This document shows positions 1-12,687 of a DNA stretch of 64,000 nucleotides, piece by piece. Source of the stretch: Tubulanus polymorphus (Eukaryota > Animalia > Nemertea); NCBI RefSeq assembly GCF_964204645.1, contig NC_134031.1, positions 20,343,910 through 20,407,909 on the forward strand, read 5' to 3'. Position 1 is the stretch's first letter; each line of letters starts with the position of its first letter. The notes under the pieces were generated by a model that was given only the letters and a program-made list of their open reading frames with translations, was not told where the DNA came from and did no database searches. The position numbers and the translations under genes were made by a program.

Positions 1-9
1 CAGTTGACA

Positions 10-342
10 TACAGGGTGTCCCATTAAAAACATCACAGACATTTGATTAGTTCTAATTAATAAACAGAGAAATATTATACAATCAATTTGGTCTAGAATG
101 AATCCAATTGATGTTAACTTCATACCATTAAAATTTCATGGTAAATCACTGAATTCAAGAGCCAATGTCCGATTTGTCACTTCTTGGATGTCTGGTTCTG
201 TGGTCTTTATGCATAATTGATTTTCCATTAAAGATTAATGGTATGAAGCAAACATCTGATGGCATCATTCTAGAACAAATTCATCAAATTAGATTACTCT
301 GTTTATTAATTAGAACTAATTAAATCCGAGTAACACTCTGTA
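10..342. mobile_element. Palindromic Tc1/mariner-type MITE
   Basis: TA-CAGGGTGT...ACACTCTG-TA ends. Long internal inverted arms, e.g. atttgattagttctaattaataaacagag (41-69) versus its reverse complement at 297-325. Confidence 0.75.
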
Positions 343-949
343 CACAGACTTTTCAAAAGAATGAAATTTCTCTGAATTGAAATCGCGGTTCAACTCATAT
401 TTGTTACATGGACTTTTATATGTGTTATTTATTAGAGAGACATCATTTTGAAAGCTATCATGAAACCAGCGACACAAAATGTCCGACTTCACGATTCGTT
501 CAAAGATGTTTTAACAAGTAGACACAGACAGCCGATACTTGAAGGATGAGAAATATCATTTCGAAAACTACCAGACATCTGAAACTGGTAATGATAACCA
601 TTCCTAACGCCTAAACGTGATCTTAATTTTGAAAGCGGATGCGTTTAACTGTGAGACACAGAAGAGACACTTAGTGTCGTAGGATGATACAGATCATATA
701 CACACGTATAACATGAGTGAGTTTCAGCTGTAAAAGCATGTAAAACATGAATATATCATGACTGCTGATACAACAACCTCAAATTCAAAACAAAGTAAAC
801 AATTCGGTGAAGGATATCGCTAAGCCACTTTATAGATCGACCGGTGGCCAACGGCACGGTGACCACAATTTCATAAGATTTAAAGATTGAAGCTTTGCTG
901 TGAAGGTTGCCAATTTCGCCCAAAGCCAAATCATTGCGCCCGTAAGAAT

Positions 950-1085
950 GCTGACTGGTTCCGGAAGTGACTTGCTTCACTCGTCACTGCATTGTTTAGT
1001 ATCGAATGAGTGGTTTACGTGTGAACGCTCTCTCTCTCTAACTTGGCACGGGTCAAATTTGACTCAGGTCCAACCCGGTTCAAAT
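950..1085. repeat. Dispersed repeat family (non-autonomous DNA element fragments)
   Basis: ccggaagtgacttgc..gcattgtttagtatcga..gtgaacgc is reverse-complementary to 18305-18385. Related pieces at 3170-3335, 23450-23645 and 52370-52562. Confidence 0.6.
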
Positions 1086-4000
1086 CATCTTTCACTGTGA
1101 TTGCAGCTTAAGAATTCTTCTATTCACGAGTTACGTTGCCTTCAGAAATTGCTCTTTTTCTCGCTCTGCGTTAAAAATGCTGTGCGTTAAAAATGCTGTC
1201 ATTTGCAATCGTCGACAGACTTTTTTTCGTTGTTTCTTGTGACTGTTGTGTTATTTAACCTGACACTGTTGCGAATGAACAACTAAAAGGAAAATAAAAA
1301 CATCATCGAAGCTGCTATTATTCTTGCGCCGAGTGAAGCATAAGTGCCGATAGCTGAGATGCGGGAAAAAAAAGATGTTACCTCCAGTTCAAAAAAGAAA
1401 ACCATTGAAATCTTTTCGAGACACTCAATTTGAAAGATACGATTGTAATGGACAGGTTAAGAAAAGTCTCATATCATTTTGGTGGCTCATTTTTGGAAAT
1501 AATTGCCAATATTCAGGTCTGAGAGTAGAAAAAATTCATTTCAAAAGTTAGGGATATTAGAGGGATCATTGCTGTTACCATTGTTGGATTGAATTTTGAA
1601 AGTTGCCTTTTCAACTTCTCCACTTGGAAGTTCAATTCTTCCATTGTTGCAATAGTCTTTTGAATACAATTCCCGGATTGCCACATTAGCTATGTAAATA
1701 TCCCTGATAATTCCTCAATTGCCGCAGTAGCCTTGTAAATATTACTGTATCATCTCATGATTTTTCTGATACAGATTTATGGATATTGGCCGATCACATG
1801 TTATACGAATGACTATCGAAGCAATCCGATTACGGATGGAGTATGATTGATAATTTGAGGGGAGCGAATGGGGTTAAAGCGATGCCGGCACTGGCGCACG
1901 CTCGTGAAATGGTACGTTCATGTTCTGATTAATTCGCCATCAACGAATAAACATCGAACCCGAAGAGTGTCATTAACGGTAATTCCGGAGAGTCAATGTT
2001 TACATGAAATGAATCACGAATAGTCGCCGCCTGACTAGGCCAAACAACTGAATAATACATGAATTCATTTTTTCCCTTGTGGTATTATTATAATGCAATG
2101 CGGAGTAAAGTTAAGGCCCGCACACATCAAATTCAGCTAGTGTGTGGCTGATTTTTGCCCTTCTCTAAAAATCAAACATGTTTGATAATTTTCAACACAG
2201 GGTAATGTGTGTACATGTGTTTAATACGCATGCGATATTACTCAAAAACTAAACACAGCTGCTATCAATTTCATACTAACAAATATATCAACATTATAGG
2301 ATGCAGGGTTTTAACTTACACCTCAAGACATGAAGACAGAAACATGAAACTGATTTGTGTTTCAATGCTACTGAAACTGCCCCCCCCCCCCCGTTAATCT
2401 TGCGCCTAGAAATTTCGCGATTGCAATCAACATTGAATCCATTGACCTCTTCTCGATTTTTCATTAGAAAACTCTAATGCCACGAGGCTGTTCCGAATTG
2501 ATATCCCATTTAACAAATTGAACCTCCTGATGATGGCTAGGGGCGTAAAAAAAAAGACTTCATTTATTTTTGTCAATCACTTCAAATGAACGCCGATGGC
2601 AACTGCGCGTCAAACACGAGAGCAGTTTTCAATCAGTGTCTGTCGACTTTTAAAAATACTCCACAATCATTCTACCCAGCTGCCTAGGCAAACTGTCCAA
2701 GTTAGCTGATAGTTTACGAACAAATTGAAACCGAATGTATCAGCTGGTCGGAACTTCAGTGCGGAAATAGTCAACCATTGGGTCTGTAGTTCGGGCCCAG
2801 TTCCAAGATGGCCGACGCTGTGAAATACTATACTATGGGTTAGGTTATGAGTTTCGACCACAAGTCGAGGCTAACTATGAAAAGGGCCTACCGGTACCTA
2901 ACAGGAAAATGTCATTCAGGGATCTGTAGACTCGTAACCCAAACAAGAACACGTTATTGTATTCTGCCGCCAATATGGCACCGTCATGTGAAAAACACAC
3001 ATGGCCTCACAACATTCATATCTATACATCTAGTTCTCAATATGCGCCTCTCACACTCTCCTTCGTCCTTGTAAGTACATATAGATTATGCTAACTATAA
3101 TAATGGTGACTCGGTATAAGTGTTTAGACCGGCATAGTTCGCTGGGCTGCAAAATGGTGGGTTAGATATATTGTAGCTGCGATCACACAAGCATTTTTGG
3201 TCCGTACCAAAATTGGCCCAGAACAATCGTTCACACGAGTGCCAAATAAGCCCAGGTCTGTGCGGCCCAGCCCAAAACATTGCACCAGGCCCGAGTCAAA
3301 TTTTAGCACAGGTCAAATAATTGCGTGTGAATTTCATGCAGTATTACGATGCTGGTGGTTGCAGAGGATTGAATTGCTGGCAGACGCCCACCGATACACT
3401 AAACAAAGTTTCTGAGCAAAAAAGTTTTCTGCACTTTGCGCGAAGCGAAACAAAATAATTGATTTCGCTGCTTTAGGCCAATAGATAAATAACCACGGCA
3501 CGTAGTAGTAGAAATATCGACGAGTTCGTAAAAGCTGAATATTGCACGGAAGTTAATTAGTTTCCCAGGTGTCACATTCTCATAGCTCTAACCGGCTAAA
3601 TCACTAGCATCTCGCGCTTCTCTTGCACCCACCAGAACGCCAGAGCCAAGAGCAACCAGTCTTTTGAATAATTCTGACGAAATACTTGAATCCTTCCAAC
3701 CCCTGTCACTTGCTAATGATGATCTCTAAGGTTAATTTGATCATTATTAGAAGTCTATAGAACGCCAATATTGATGATGTAGTACACATTGACTCACACA
3801 CATCGTGCTGAATAATGCATAGTACATTTTTGTTATGGTTTTTATGACAAAAAAAAAAAACAAAATTGAAATTCTATGAAAATGTTGTGATTAGGTTTTA
3901 GGCAAAACGGGCTAATAATGAGCTGTCATCTATTCCCAACAGAACTAGTGACACATATTCAACGAATGTCAACAATCTCGCGATACAATTAATCTCAGAG

Positions 4001-5950
4001 ATGGTACATGTCTGACGAGTGCTATTCACAGATTTACATGCTTGAATTTAAATGCCGAATAACAGCTCTGTAATCATTCAACTTATCTCTCATCCACCTC
4101 CTGACAATGACACAATCTACGCATGAAATTTATAGCGCAGTAAATCATAGTCAAGTCTTATAGGAGGCAGGGCTGTCTGTAGCCGCAGGGGTCTTACCAC
4201 TCATTTCTAATGGATTTCTAATGCGTACCCCAGTATTTCAAATCCATTAACTTACATGTTCAGTACACAAGCATTTGTAGGTTTCATATAAAATCTCCAT
4301 CAATTGAATGATCCAGGTGAACGTTCCCCTCTTTAAAACATGAGAAATTGTACCAGGCCACTGTACACTAATTTTCTGATTTTACTGGTTCAGATTTTAT
4401 TGTGTTCGGCAAAATCAGATCAGAGACAATTCATATTGGAAACCACCAACTTTGCTGCCAAATAATGATTTATCACTTTTAATGAATATATCCGGGATGA
4501 GCAATAATGTTGTACCTGTTCACTTATTGCTGGGGTGTATTTTTCGATGATAGAGGTATCAAATCTCAGTGGAACAGGCATCGGTAATATCAGGTCAAGT
4601 ATTCACCATACAGCTGTGAATATATTTGTCTCAATGGGAAACGACATAGCAGGGGGATGGGGGGAGAGAAAGGGGAGTGAGATATGACAAACAAGCCGAG
4701 CTTCTTAGCAAGATTACGTGACATTAGAATATATATCACAATTCTTTGGCCACTTTGACTTGCAAATACGATAAACAGATTCACCACAGAACAACTACGA
4801 AATGATGAACTCATCATCGATTGTGGATGCTGCAGGCGAAGGGGAGGGGGAGAAAACCGGGCATTCTAATGGACCGTATTCGGACACGTACGCGGAACGA
4901 TGTAGAATACCTCCAGCGTGCTTACGGCACCGCACTGCGCATACCATGTCTCAATCTAGATGCATCAGTATTTGAAGAACGGTGTTTTTTTATGTGAGTT
5001 GTCGATACGTGTGATACGAGATAAACTGACGATTGATGGACAGATTTAAAGCGTAAGAAGCATCCCCCCTCAAAAAATACAGAAAATAACAGAAGTTTAT
5101 TTTGGTGTCATCTTCTATTTTAACATCGGCTGAACATATTTGAAAGCGATTATCAGCATAGATAGAATATTGACATCCACTCCGGTAGGGATAGAAAATA
5201 TTCTATAAGGGATGGCTGATTTTCAGAGGGGTGGTGGTAAAAATGAAAGGGGGTTGCCGCCGGGTGGAGAACACTGAAAACACTTCTGCATCTCGATTGA
5301 TTTTCTATCAGACAAAAGGAAACTTTTACAGCCCCTTACCCCCCCCCCCCGTAATCCTCACCGGTATCGATCACCATCGCCAATTCTAACCTACCAAAAA
5401 TAAAGGTACTTGTGCACATTCAGCTTATCGTGAACGATAGAGAATAATACTTCAGCTGTAGCAGCCGTGATTATTATCGGTATCGGTATAAGTCACTTTA
5501 CACAATGAAAGACATCGTGGTCTGTCTACTTGTTTGTGTGTGAACATCAATAGCAGACGTGTAATTGGATATATATATATGATTTGAACTATGATATTTG
5601 ATTCTTCGCACTCTGAAAAGGGGACCGTAGGGACTGCTGTATTCTGCTTATTCCTGCCATAATTGTGTAAAGGCGAAGGTAGATGAACGAACAATATCTG
5701 TGATCGCTCGACTAAAAATCAGGGCCCGGTTTCATAGACTGAGTATCAAAGTTATCCCTAGGGGTAAATCCTCAATTTGGGTGACGACCACCATAGTTAC
5801 AATGAGAAACCATGGTTATAACTGACAAATTTAAAAATGTTCCCAGGGACTATTTTTCTTCCACATCAGCCCAGGATTCTCGAAAATATCACCAACTCAG
5901 CGACGGCTGATAATTGAATTGAATTGACAAGCAACCAGTCTAGCCCTGTA

Positions 5951-6117
5951 CAGTGTTTTCAATAAGAAATTGACAAGCTAGGTCCCTTCGAAAAACAGGA
6001 GGGTCTCATAATATGTCACAGTCCCTGAAAGAACAGCTGGTTTGAAATAACAGGCGGGTCCTTTACAAAAGACAGACGGGTCTGGGACCTGGGACCTGGC
6101 TCTTATTGAAAACACTG
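5951..6117. mobile_element. MITE with 16-bp perfect TIRs (hAT-like CAG ends)
   Basis: cagtgttttcaataag ... cttattgaaaacactg. Confidence 0.7.
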
Positions 6118-6886
6118 TGTATAATGATGATGTAGTGTACATCCTCAAAAAATAGTTATTAAAATGTATCAAAAATAAGATTAGATATATTTTGTAATGT
6201 CAATATTGATGACGTGGTGCACAGACTCACACAGAACCTCTTAAATAATGCATACTAGGTATCAATATATATAAACATCGATTTTAACAGGGTCTAAAAA
6301 CAGGATGAAAACCAAGCACGATTCTGTATGAATTTATGCTTGAATATGATTTATATGATAATTCAGAGCAGTGAGTTTAATACATCTCACGCGTGTTAAT
6401 GCATAGATTTCAGTTGGCACATCGCGACCACAATGACTATTTCAGATATAACGCGTATTGAAATACGAAATACATCGAATTCGTATCGGACACATAAACT
6501 AAATTCAAACCAAGCGTAATTCGGAGATATGAGACACGCGTGAAGAAGAGGCCGCGAGTCGACAGCTCCAGGCGATTTACAACGCGAAATCAAGCGTCTT
6601 CGAAATTTTCACAACCGACTGCTTCTTCCGAAACTACCGTCATGTAATCCTCATCGGGTAGATAATATTATTATGTTTTTCACGTGAAATCGGCAGATGT
6701 TTTCACTGTCACCGGGAGTTGAGATATCGATATTCTGAGATTTGTGGGAGTTGAGATATCGATATTCTAAGATTTGTTACATCGTGTATTCGTGTACTAT
6801 AGCCCACGAGATTCCAAAACGAGATACAAAAGAACATTCAAATCCTGGTTGTGGCAGAATTCCTTCATGTGAAGACTTTTCACTGG

Positions 6887-7815
6887 CCTCTCCATTCCCA
6901 CTCCCCACTGCATTCCTTCTCCATTCCCACTGCATTCCCACTCCCCACAGCATTCCCTCTCCATTCCCACTCCCCACAGCATTTCCACTCCATTCCCACT
7001 CCCCACAGCATTCCCTCTCCATTCCCACTCCCCACAACATTTCCACTCCATTCCCACTCCCCACAGCATTCCCTCTCCATTCCCACTCCCCACAGCATTC
7101 CCTCTCCATTCCCACTCCCCACAGCATTCCCTCTCCATTCCCACTCCCCACAGCATTCCCTCTCCATTCCCACTCCCCACAACATTTCCACTCCATTCCC
7201 ACTCCCCACAGCATTCCCTCTCCATTCCCACTCCCCACAGCATTCCCTCTCCATTCCCACTCCCCACAGCATTCCCTCTCCATTCCCACTCCCCACAGCA
7301 TTCCCTCTCCATTCCCACTCCCCACAGCATTCCCTCTCCCCACAACATTTCCACTCCATTCCCACTCCCCACAGCATTCCCTCTCCATTCCCACTGCATT
7401 CCCACTCCCCACAGCATTCCCTCTCCATTCCCACTCCCCACAGCATTCCCTCTCCATTCCCACTCCCCACAGCATTCCCTCTCCATTCCCACTCCCCACA
7501 GCATTCCCTCTCCATTCCCACTCCCCACAACATTTCCACTCCATTCCCACTCCCCACAGCATTCCCTCTCCATTCCCACTGCATTCCCACTCCCCACAGC
7601 ATTCCCTCTCCATTCCCACTCCCCACAGCATTTCCACTCCATTCCCACTCCCCACAGCATTCCCTCTCCATTCCCACTCCCCACAGCATTCCCTCTCCAT
7701 TCCCACTCCCCACAACATTTCCACTCCATTCCCACTCCCCACAGCATTCCCTCTCCATCCCCACAGCATTTCCACTCCATTCCCACTCCCCACAGCATTC
7801 CCTCTCCATTCCCAC
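6887..7815. repeat. 29-bp C-rich minisatellite (~32 copies)
   Basis: Unit ccattcccactccccacagcattccctct with recurring variants. It explains the five overlapping repetitive ORFs. Confidence 0.97.
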
Positions 7816-8615
7816 ATTCACACTCCTAAGTGGGCTCAAAAGTTATTACATATCATCAAGGCCTTTTTAAAATTAATTACTTTGAGTTTTACACGAAAAA
7901 ATGGGAGGCCAAAAAATGAAGAATTAATCTAAAAAAAAAAAATCAAAATTGAATTCTAATCAAAAAATTTTTTTTTATAACAAACATTTTTAGATGGAAG
8001 GAAACAGAAAAAGGAAATTTTTAAAATCATTATTCGAATATTTTCCACGTAAAATCTGAGGAAGATATTATAAAGAGTGAAAATGTTGATGCATTTGATT
8101 CAAATTATGGAAGAAATTTTTCTTTTTAAATTTTTCAAATCACCAGAATGAAAATTAAGACAGACATGAATCGAAACAAAATGGAATAATTTGTGATGAA
8201 TATAGGAAGAAGGGCTAACAAAATAAAGGCCTAAATCATCAACAGGTAATTTGCATTCTATCGAAAAAAATTGTAAAACTGTCTCAATATAATGGATGGG
8301 AATCGTACAAGATTATGTTATTTTAAGCCGGTTGTTGCATAAAGGTGTCCATTAACGCGATGTAGCAATGAGTGGTCGCTGCCCGGCTGTTGACAGTGAT
8401 CGATTATATAATTACTTACTCGTTATTAGAGATGGGCCCAGTTTGACGACGGCGTGAGAGTCGTAGCGCGTCGGTGAACATTGTAACTTATCTTTCACAT
8501 CGATGCACGTTAAATAGTGGACGTTTATCATATCATCGCGAAATGACATTTCTGACTTTATTGAACTCATTTTCTACATCGATGCCTTCTATCTAACTTA
8601 TCATTCTGTCATTCC

Positions 8616-8840
8616 TCACCCTCAATACCCCCTCCACCCTCAATACCCCCTCCACCCTCGATACCCCTCCACCCTCGATACCCCTCCACCCTCGATACCC
8701 CCTCCACCCTCGATACCCCTCCACCCTCAATACCCCCTCCACCCTCGATACCCCTCCACCCTCGATACCCCTCCACCCTCGATACCCCCTCCACCCTCAA
8801 TTCCCCTCCACCCTCAATACCCCCTCCACCCTCAATACCC
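8616..8840. repeat. 17-18 bp C-rich minisatellite (~13 copies)
   Basis: Unit ccctc(g/a)atacccc(c)tcca. Confidence 0.95.
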
Positions 8841-11005
8841 GGCATTTTAATCTCACCTCAGTGGAGATACAGGAACATGTGAACCTCAGTTGCACAAAGA
8901 AAAATGTACAAATGAACCCTGAATAGACAAGCGCCAAAAATGGTATAGTCCAGGAGAAATATTCAACAGCTCTTCTACACAACCGCTCTGATGCTGCGTC
9001 TTTCTGCATCTCCACTTTCCGAGTGTTTAATGAACACTAAGCATTTATGGAATGTCATTTTTCATTGTTTTGTGTCGTCAATTCAATGCATGTCTAATCC
9101 TATGTACAAATGTTATATATGATGCAACAAAGTTTAAGTCTCTCTCTCTCTCATGGTCCGGTTCCACACTGTGGATCTATCATTTTTAATTAACTTTGAC
9201 TCTTTTCCATTGCGCTTTTCCAGAAGACAATAAAATAGAAGATCTCCGACATCGCCGAGACAGAAAAATTGGCAGAAACTTCAAAACGTATTAATGGAAA
9301 GAGAAAGTAGATGATTCCTCTTCTTGGTGAACACAATCTACCAAGGTCATCGGTCTTTACTGAGATTTATGTAGTAAACAATGTATTGAATTTCATATTG
9401 CGCTATCACACTTCTATGGCATCGTCGCTGTAAACTTCTGATTAAAAACTGAATTTTTCATCGACACCCGAGAGACATTTAAATGGCTTCATGAAGTCGA
9501 CAGGATGCTTTTAGCTATTATTAATTTCGATTCATAAAAACGGATAAGATTACGAGCGTTTTATTTCCGGGCGCGGCTTTGAATTCAAAGACTTCAGTTC
9601 ACACGAGCTGTTTCCAATAAAACTAGGAGTCTACGGACACCGTGCCAACTATTGCTCGACAATCTGACGATTTCAATATTCAACGCCCCCTGGCGAACAA
9701 ATACAGAAACCAATGACCTGGAAACTCATCGCAATCATAGAACACGTCTTGAGCCGTAACTAATTGATAGCGGTAACAAAATACGCACAGGTACCATTAT
9801 CAATTCTGTAAATAAAATCTCCCCCTGGTAGCTGGAACAAAACACTGAATAATGCTAATTAGACACGAGGAGATGCTGTTCTACAATAGTGCTATGCTCC
9901 AATTGGGCTGAAAAAAATTCTAAGATATTGACGTCTCAGTCAGTAGATATAAACTAAACCGTCCAAAACAGACGTTTCAAATCGAGCACTCACAAAGTAA
10001 TCGCAGAGTATTCAACAATAATCTAGAAAAAACATCGGCTTCTTGCAAATCAAACCGGCAGACTTTATTGACAAACGTGCAATTTATCGCTCTGAGAAGT
10101 TGCAAAAGATTTTTTCTTCGGTACATATAATCAATTGAATTGATCAGTGATGGGAGCTACGCAGTAGAGTATGTCAGAGTTCATTTTGATGATAGATTTA
10201 AAAAGACATGACTCGCTCATAGATGTGTGAATAGCTGCATTGAGGCAATGTTGAAGGTTTGGCTCCAATTTACTCGGGCCAGAAGCTCAAAATATGGTTA
10301 AAGATAACCGTTGGATTGGATTAATACCATAGTCAATTAACAATGAACTTTGTGTAATTGTCACTACGTCAACTATCCACTGGTTAACTGTAAACAACTT
10401 TTGAGCATCTGGCCCCTGGTCAATGAATTGTCATCAAACTGATATAGTCTTCATATTTGTATAATTGGTTATTATCTATCTTTATATCTGTCTCTGGCAT
10501 GTTGTGCTCGTCGCGAAGCGTTTATTGTTTTGAAATGTCCTAGAATTTACCATGGATTGGATTGAAATTCTTAATGTCTAAAACAAAATAATAGCAAGTG
10601 ACTGCAGGTAAAAACAACAACCAGTGATAACGCACTCTGATTTGGTCCATTCTAAGTTGGTCTGTTCCAGGTCTAACGTCGCTTATAACTACAAACTAAT
10701 GAATAAATGATTAGTCAACTCACTGAGAAATTCAATGGCATTTAGGTTCGGTAAAACTACCCTTCACCCCACATGACCAGTCGGGCATTAGAAACTATCG
10801 ACCGCACATCGGTTTCCTGTCATCAGCGTCGATTGTGGCGTTTTCTATCAAACGCTCGGAAGTTTGACGTAATATCGAAAAAGATATTTAAAAAATCGTT
10901 TCCGTCACCGAAATGGACAAATAATTAGACCGTGTTGGCAGCGAATCGCCGCAAGTTGTAACAACAACGAGACCGACCGCTGAGCAAACATATAAAAACA
11001 CATTC

Positions 11006-11048
11006 GATGGCGATGGCGATGGCGGCGGCGGCGGCGGCGGCGGCGGCG
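11006..11048. repeat. (GATGGC)n(GGC)n microsatellite
   Basis: Direct reading. Confidence 0.9.
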
Positions 11049-11542
11049 TCACGCTGCTGAGAGAATGAAAAACATGACGCAATCGCCAGAATTATAGAGA
11101 GAGAATTTTTACTGTAAGTCGAATCACACGCGGGGATTCGAATTAAACGGCATCATGATAATTGCTTATCGTACGACCCCTCCCTCCGTGATCTATAGCG
11201 GTATCAGGCCACACTCAGCTACCGATCTAGAAAATTTAAAAAGGGCGTTGCACTTTAGATAAAAAGAAATTTGTTGTCGCAAAAAGCGGCAAGAAAATGT
11301 AGAAAAATTGATTCTTGTATTCAAAATCATTATTTTCAAAAAACGGTTTACATTTCTTAGTTTTGGTTTTTTTCAACCACGTATAATCAAGAGAGAGGGA
11401 TGTATGAATGTCCAACGCCACTCGAGCAAGGCTAACTACGTAACAGCTCCAGTGCCAACTCTACGGGTATACAAGTTTAGTGGCAATAGGGGGCAGCACT
11501 GATTATCATAATGGCAGTGAACGTGTGTTAATGAACCTGATC

Positions 11543-11915
11543 TCTACCGCAGTAAGAAGCACTGTTTCAGTCGACCGCAGTAAGAAGCACTGTTTCGGTC
11601 GACCGCGGTAAGAAGCACTGCTTCAGTCGACCGCAGTAAGAAGCACTGTTTCAGTCGACCGCGGTAAGAAGCACTGCTTCAGTCGACCGCAGTAAGAAGC
11701 ACTGTTTCAGTGGACCGCGGTAAGAAGCACTGCTTCAGTCTCTACCGCAGTAAGAAGCACTGTTTCAGTCGACCGCGGTAAGAAGCAATGCTTCAGTCTA
11801 CCGCGGTAAGAAGCACTGTTTCAGTCTACCGCGGTAAGAAGCACTGTTTCAGTCTACGGCAGTAAGAAGCACTGCTTCAGTCGACCGGAGTAAGAAGCAA
11901 TGCTTCAGTCGACCG
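11543..11915. repeat. 28-bp minisatellite (~13 copies)
   Basis: Unit gaccgc(a/g)gtaagaagcactg(t/c)ttcagtc. Confidence 0.95.
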
Positions 11916-12341
11916 GATGTGCAGCCATTTTCTCAGTAAAACCCTAACGGTGCATTCAATCTCGATCCCCACTTTCCATAGTACAAATAATTGACCAACT
12001 CGCTCTCAACAGAAAAAAACCTGATAGCAGCTTCGGTCATTGTTCAGTCAAACCACTGAACTCTGAATTTGTGTCGGGAAGTGGCATGCATTATTCAGTG
12101 TCAGTGACACTCGGGCGAACGAGTCAACTCGGCTTTTCCCCGTGGTGCGCGCGACTCAGCGTGACCTAATGAATTTATCATTAACACGAGGAAATCCCGC
12201 TGAGGAATTAATAGCGCTTTACTTCGCACCGCGTCGTCAAACACGCGCCCCGATATTAACATCGCTAATTCTGATCGTTTTTGCCGGACATTTTTTCAGG
12301 CGTCCTTCGCATTAGGGAAATATTCCGTATAACAAAACCCC

Positions 12342-12460
12342 GGCGACAGGTCCTCTCAGGTCGATATATGACCGGACTGTCGTAAGAACATGTTACTGCT
12401 GGCGACAGTTCCTCTCAGGTCGATATACGACCGGAATGTCGTAAGAACACGTTACTGCTG
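12342..12460. repeat. 59-bp tandem duplication
   Basis: ggcgacag(g/t)tcctctcaggtcgatata(t/c)gaccgga(c/a)tgtcgtaagaaca(t/c)gttactgct x2. Confidence 0.9.
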
Positions 12461-12499
12461 ATTTTCTCACGATCTTTACCATTTAAGAACATTTAACGA

Positions 12500-12687
12500 A
12501 GCCCTCTAAAAGCTTAGGTCAGTTTGGACATCAAACACTGAAGTTCAAGATACACCTATACAGCAGTAATGTCAAGTCAGTGCTCGTGTATGTCTCTGAA
12601 TCGCGGGGAACAAGTAAGGATGAAATGAACAGGCTGTCTATCCGTCGTCCACAACAGTGCCTGTGTCGGATCTGCAAGGTGTTTTGG
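12500..12687 (+). mobile_element. RTE-clade LINE relic (post-RT region)
   Basis: Reads LKFKIHLYSSNVKSVLVYVSESRGTSKDEMNRLS...CLCRICKVFW, like the RTE/BovB KIRLYNSNVKSVLLYGSETW...CLRRILxIFW segment. Confidence 0.75.

Noticed and set aside
6742-7932. Five overlapping ORFs of 319-396 aa
   Set aside because: They are translations of the stop-free 29-bp minisatellite in several frames on both strands.
10900-11120. Possible 5' UTR exon of the LRR gene (GGC repeat, donor GTAAGT at 11114)
   Set aside because: Plausible, but cannot be supported without transcript data.
11543-11915. CRISPR-like 28-bp repeats (also the 34-bp array at 43259-43720)
   Set aside because: Head-to-tail units with no unique spacers, no cas genes and a eukaryotic context.
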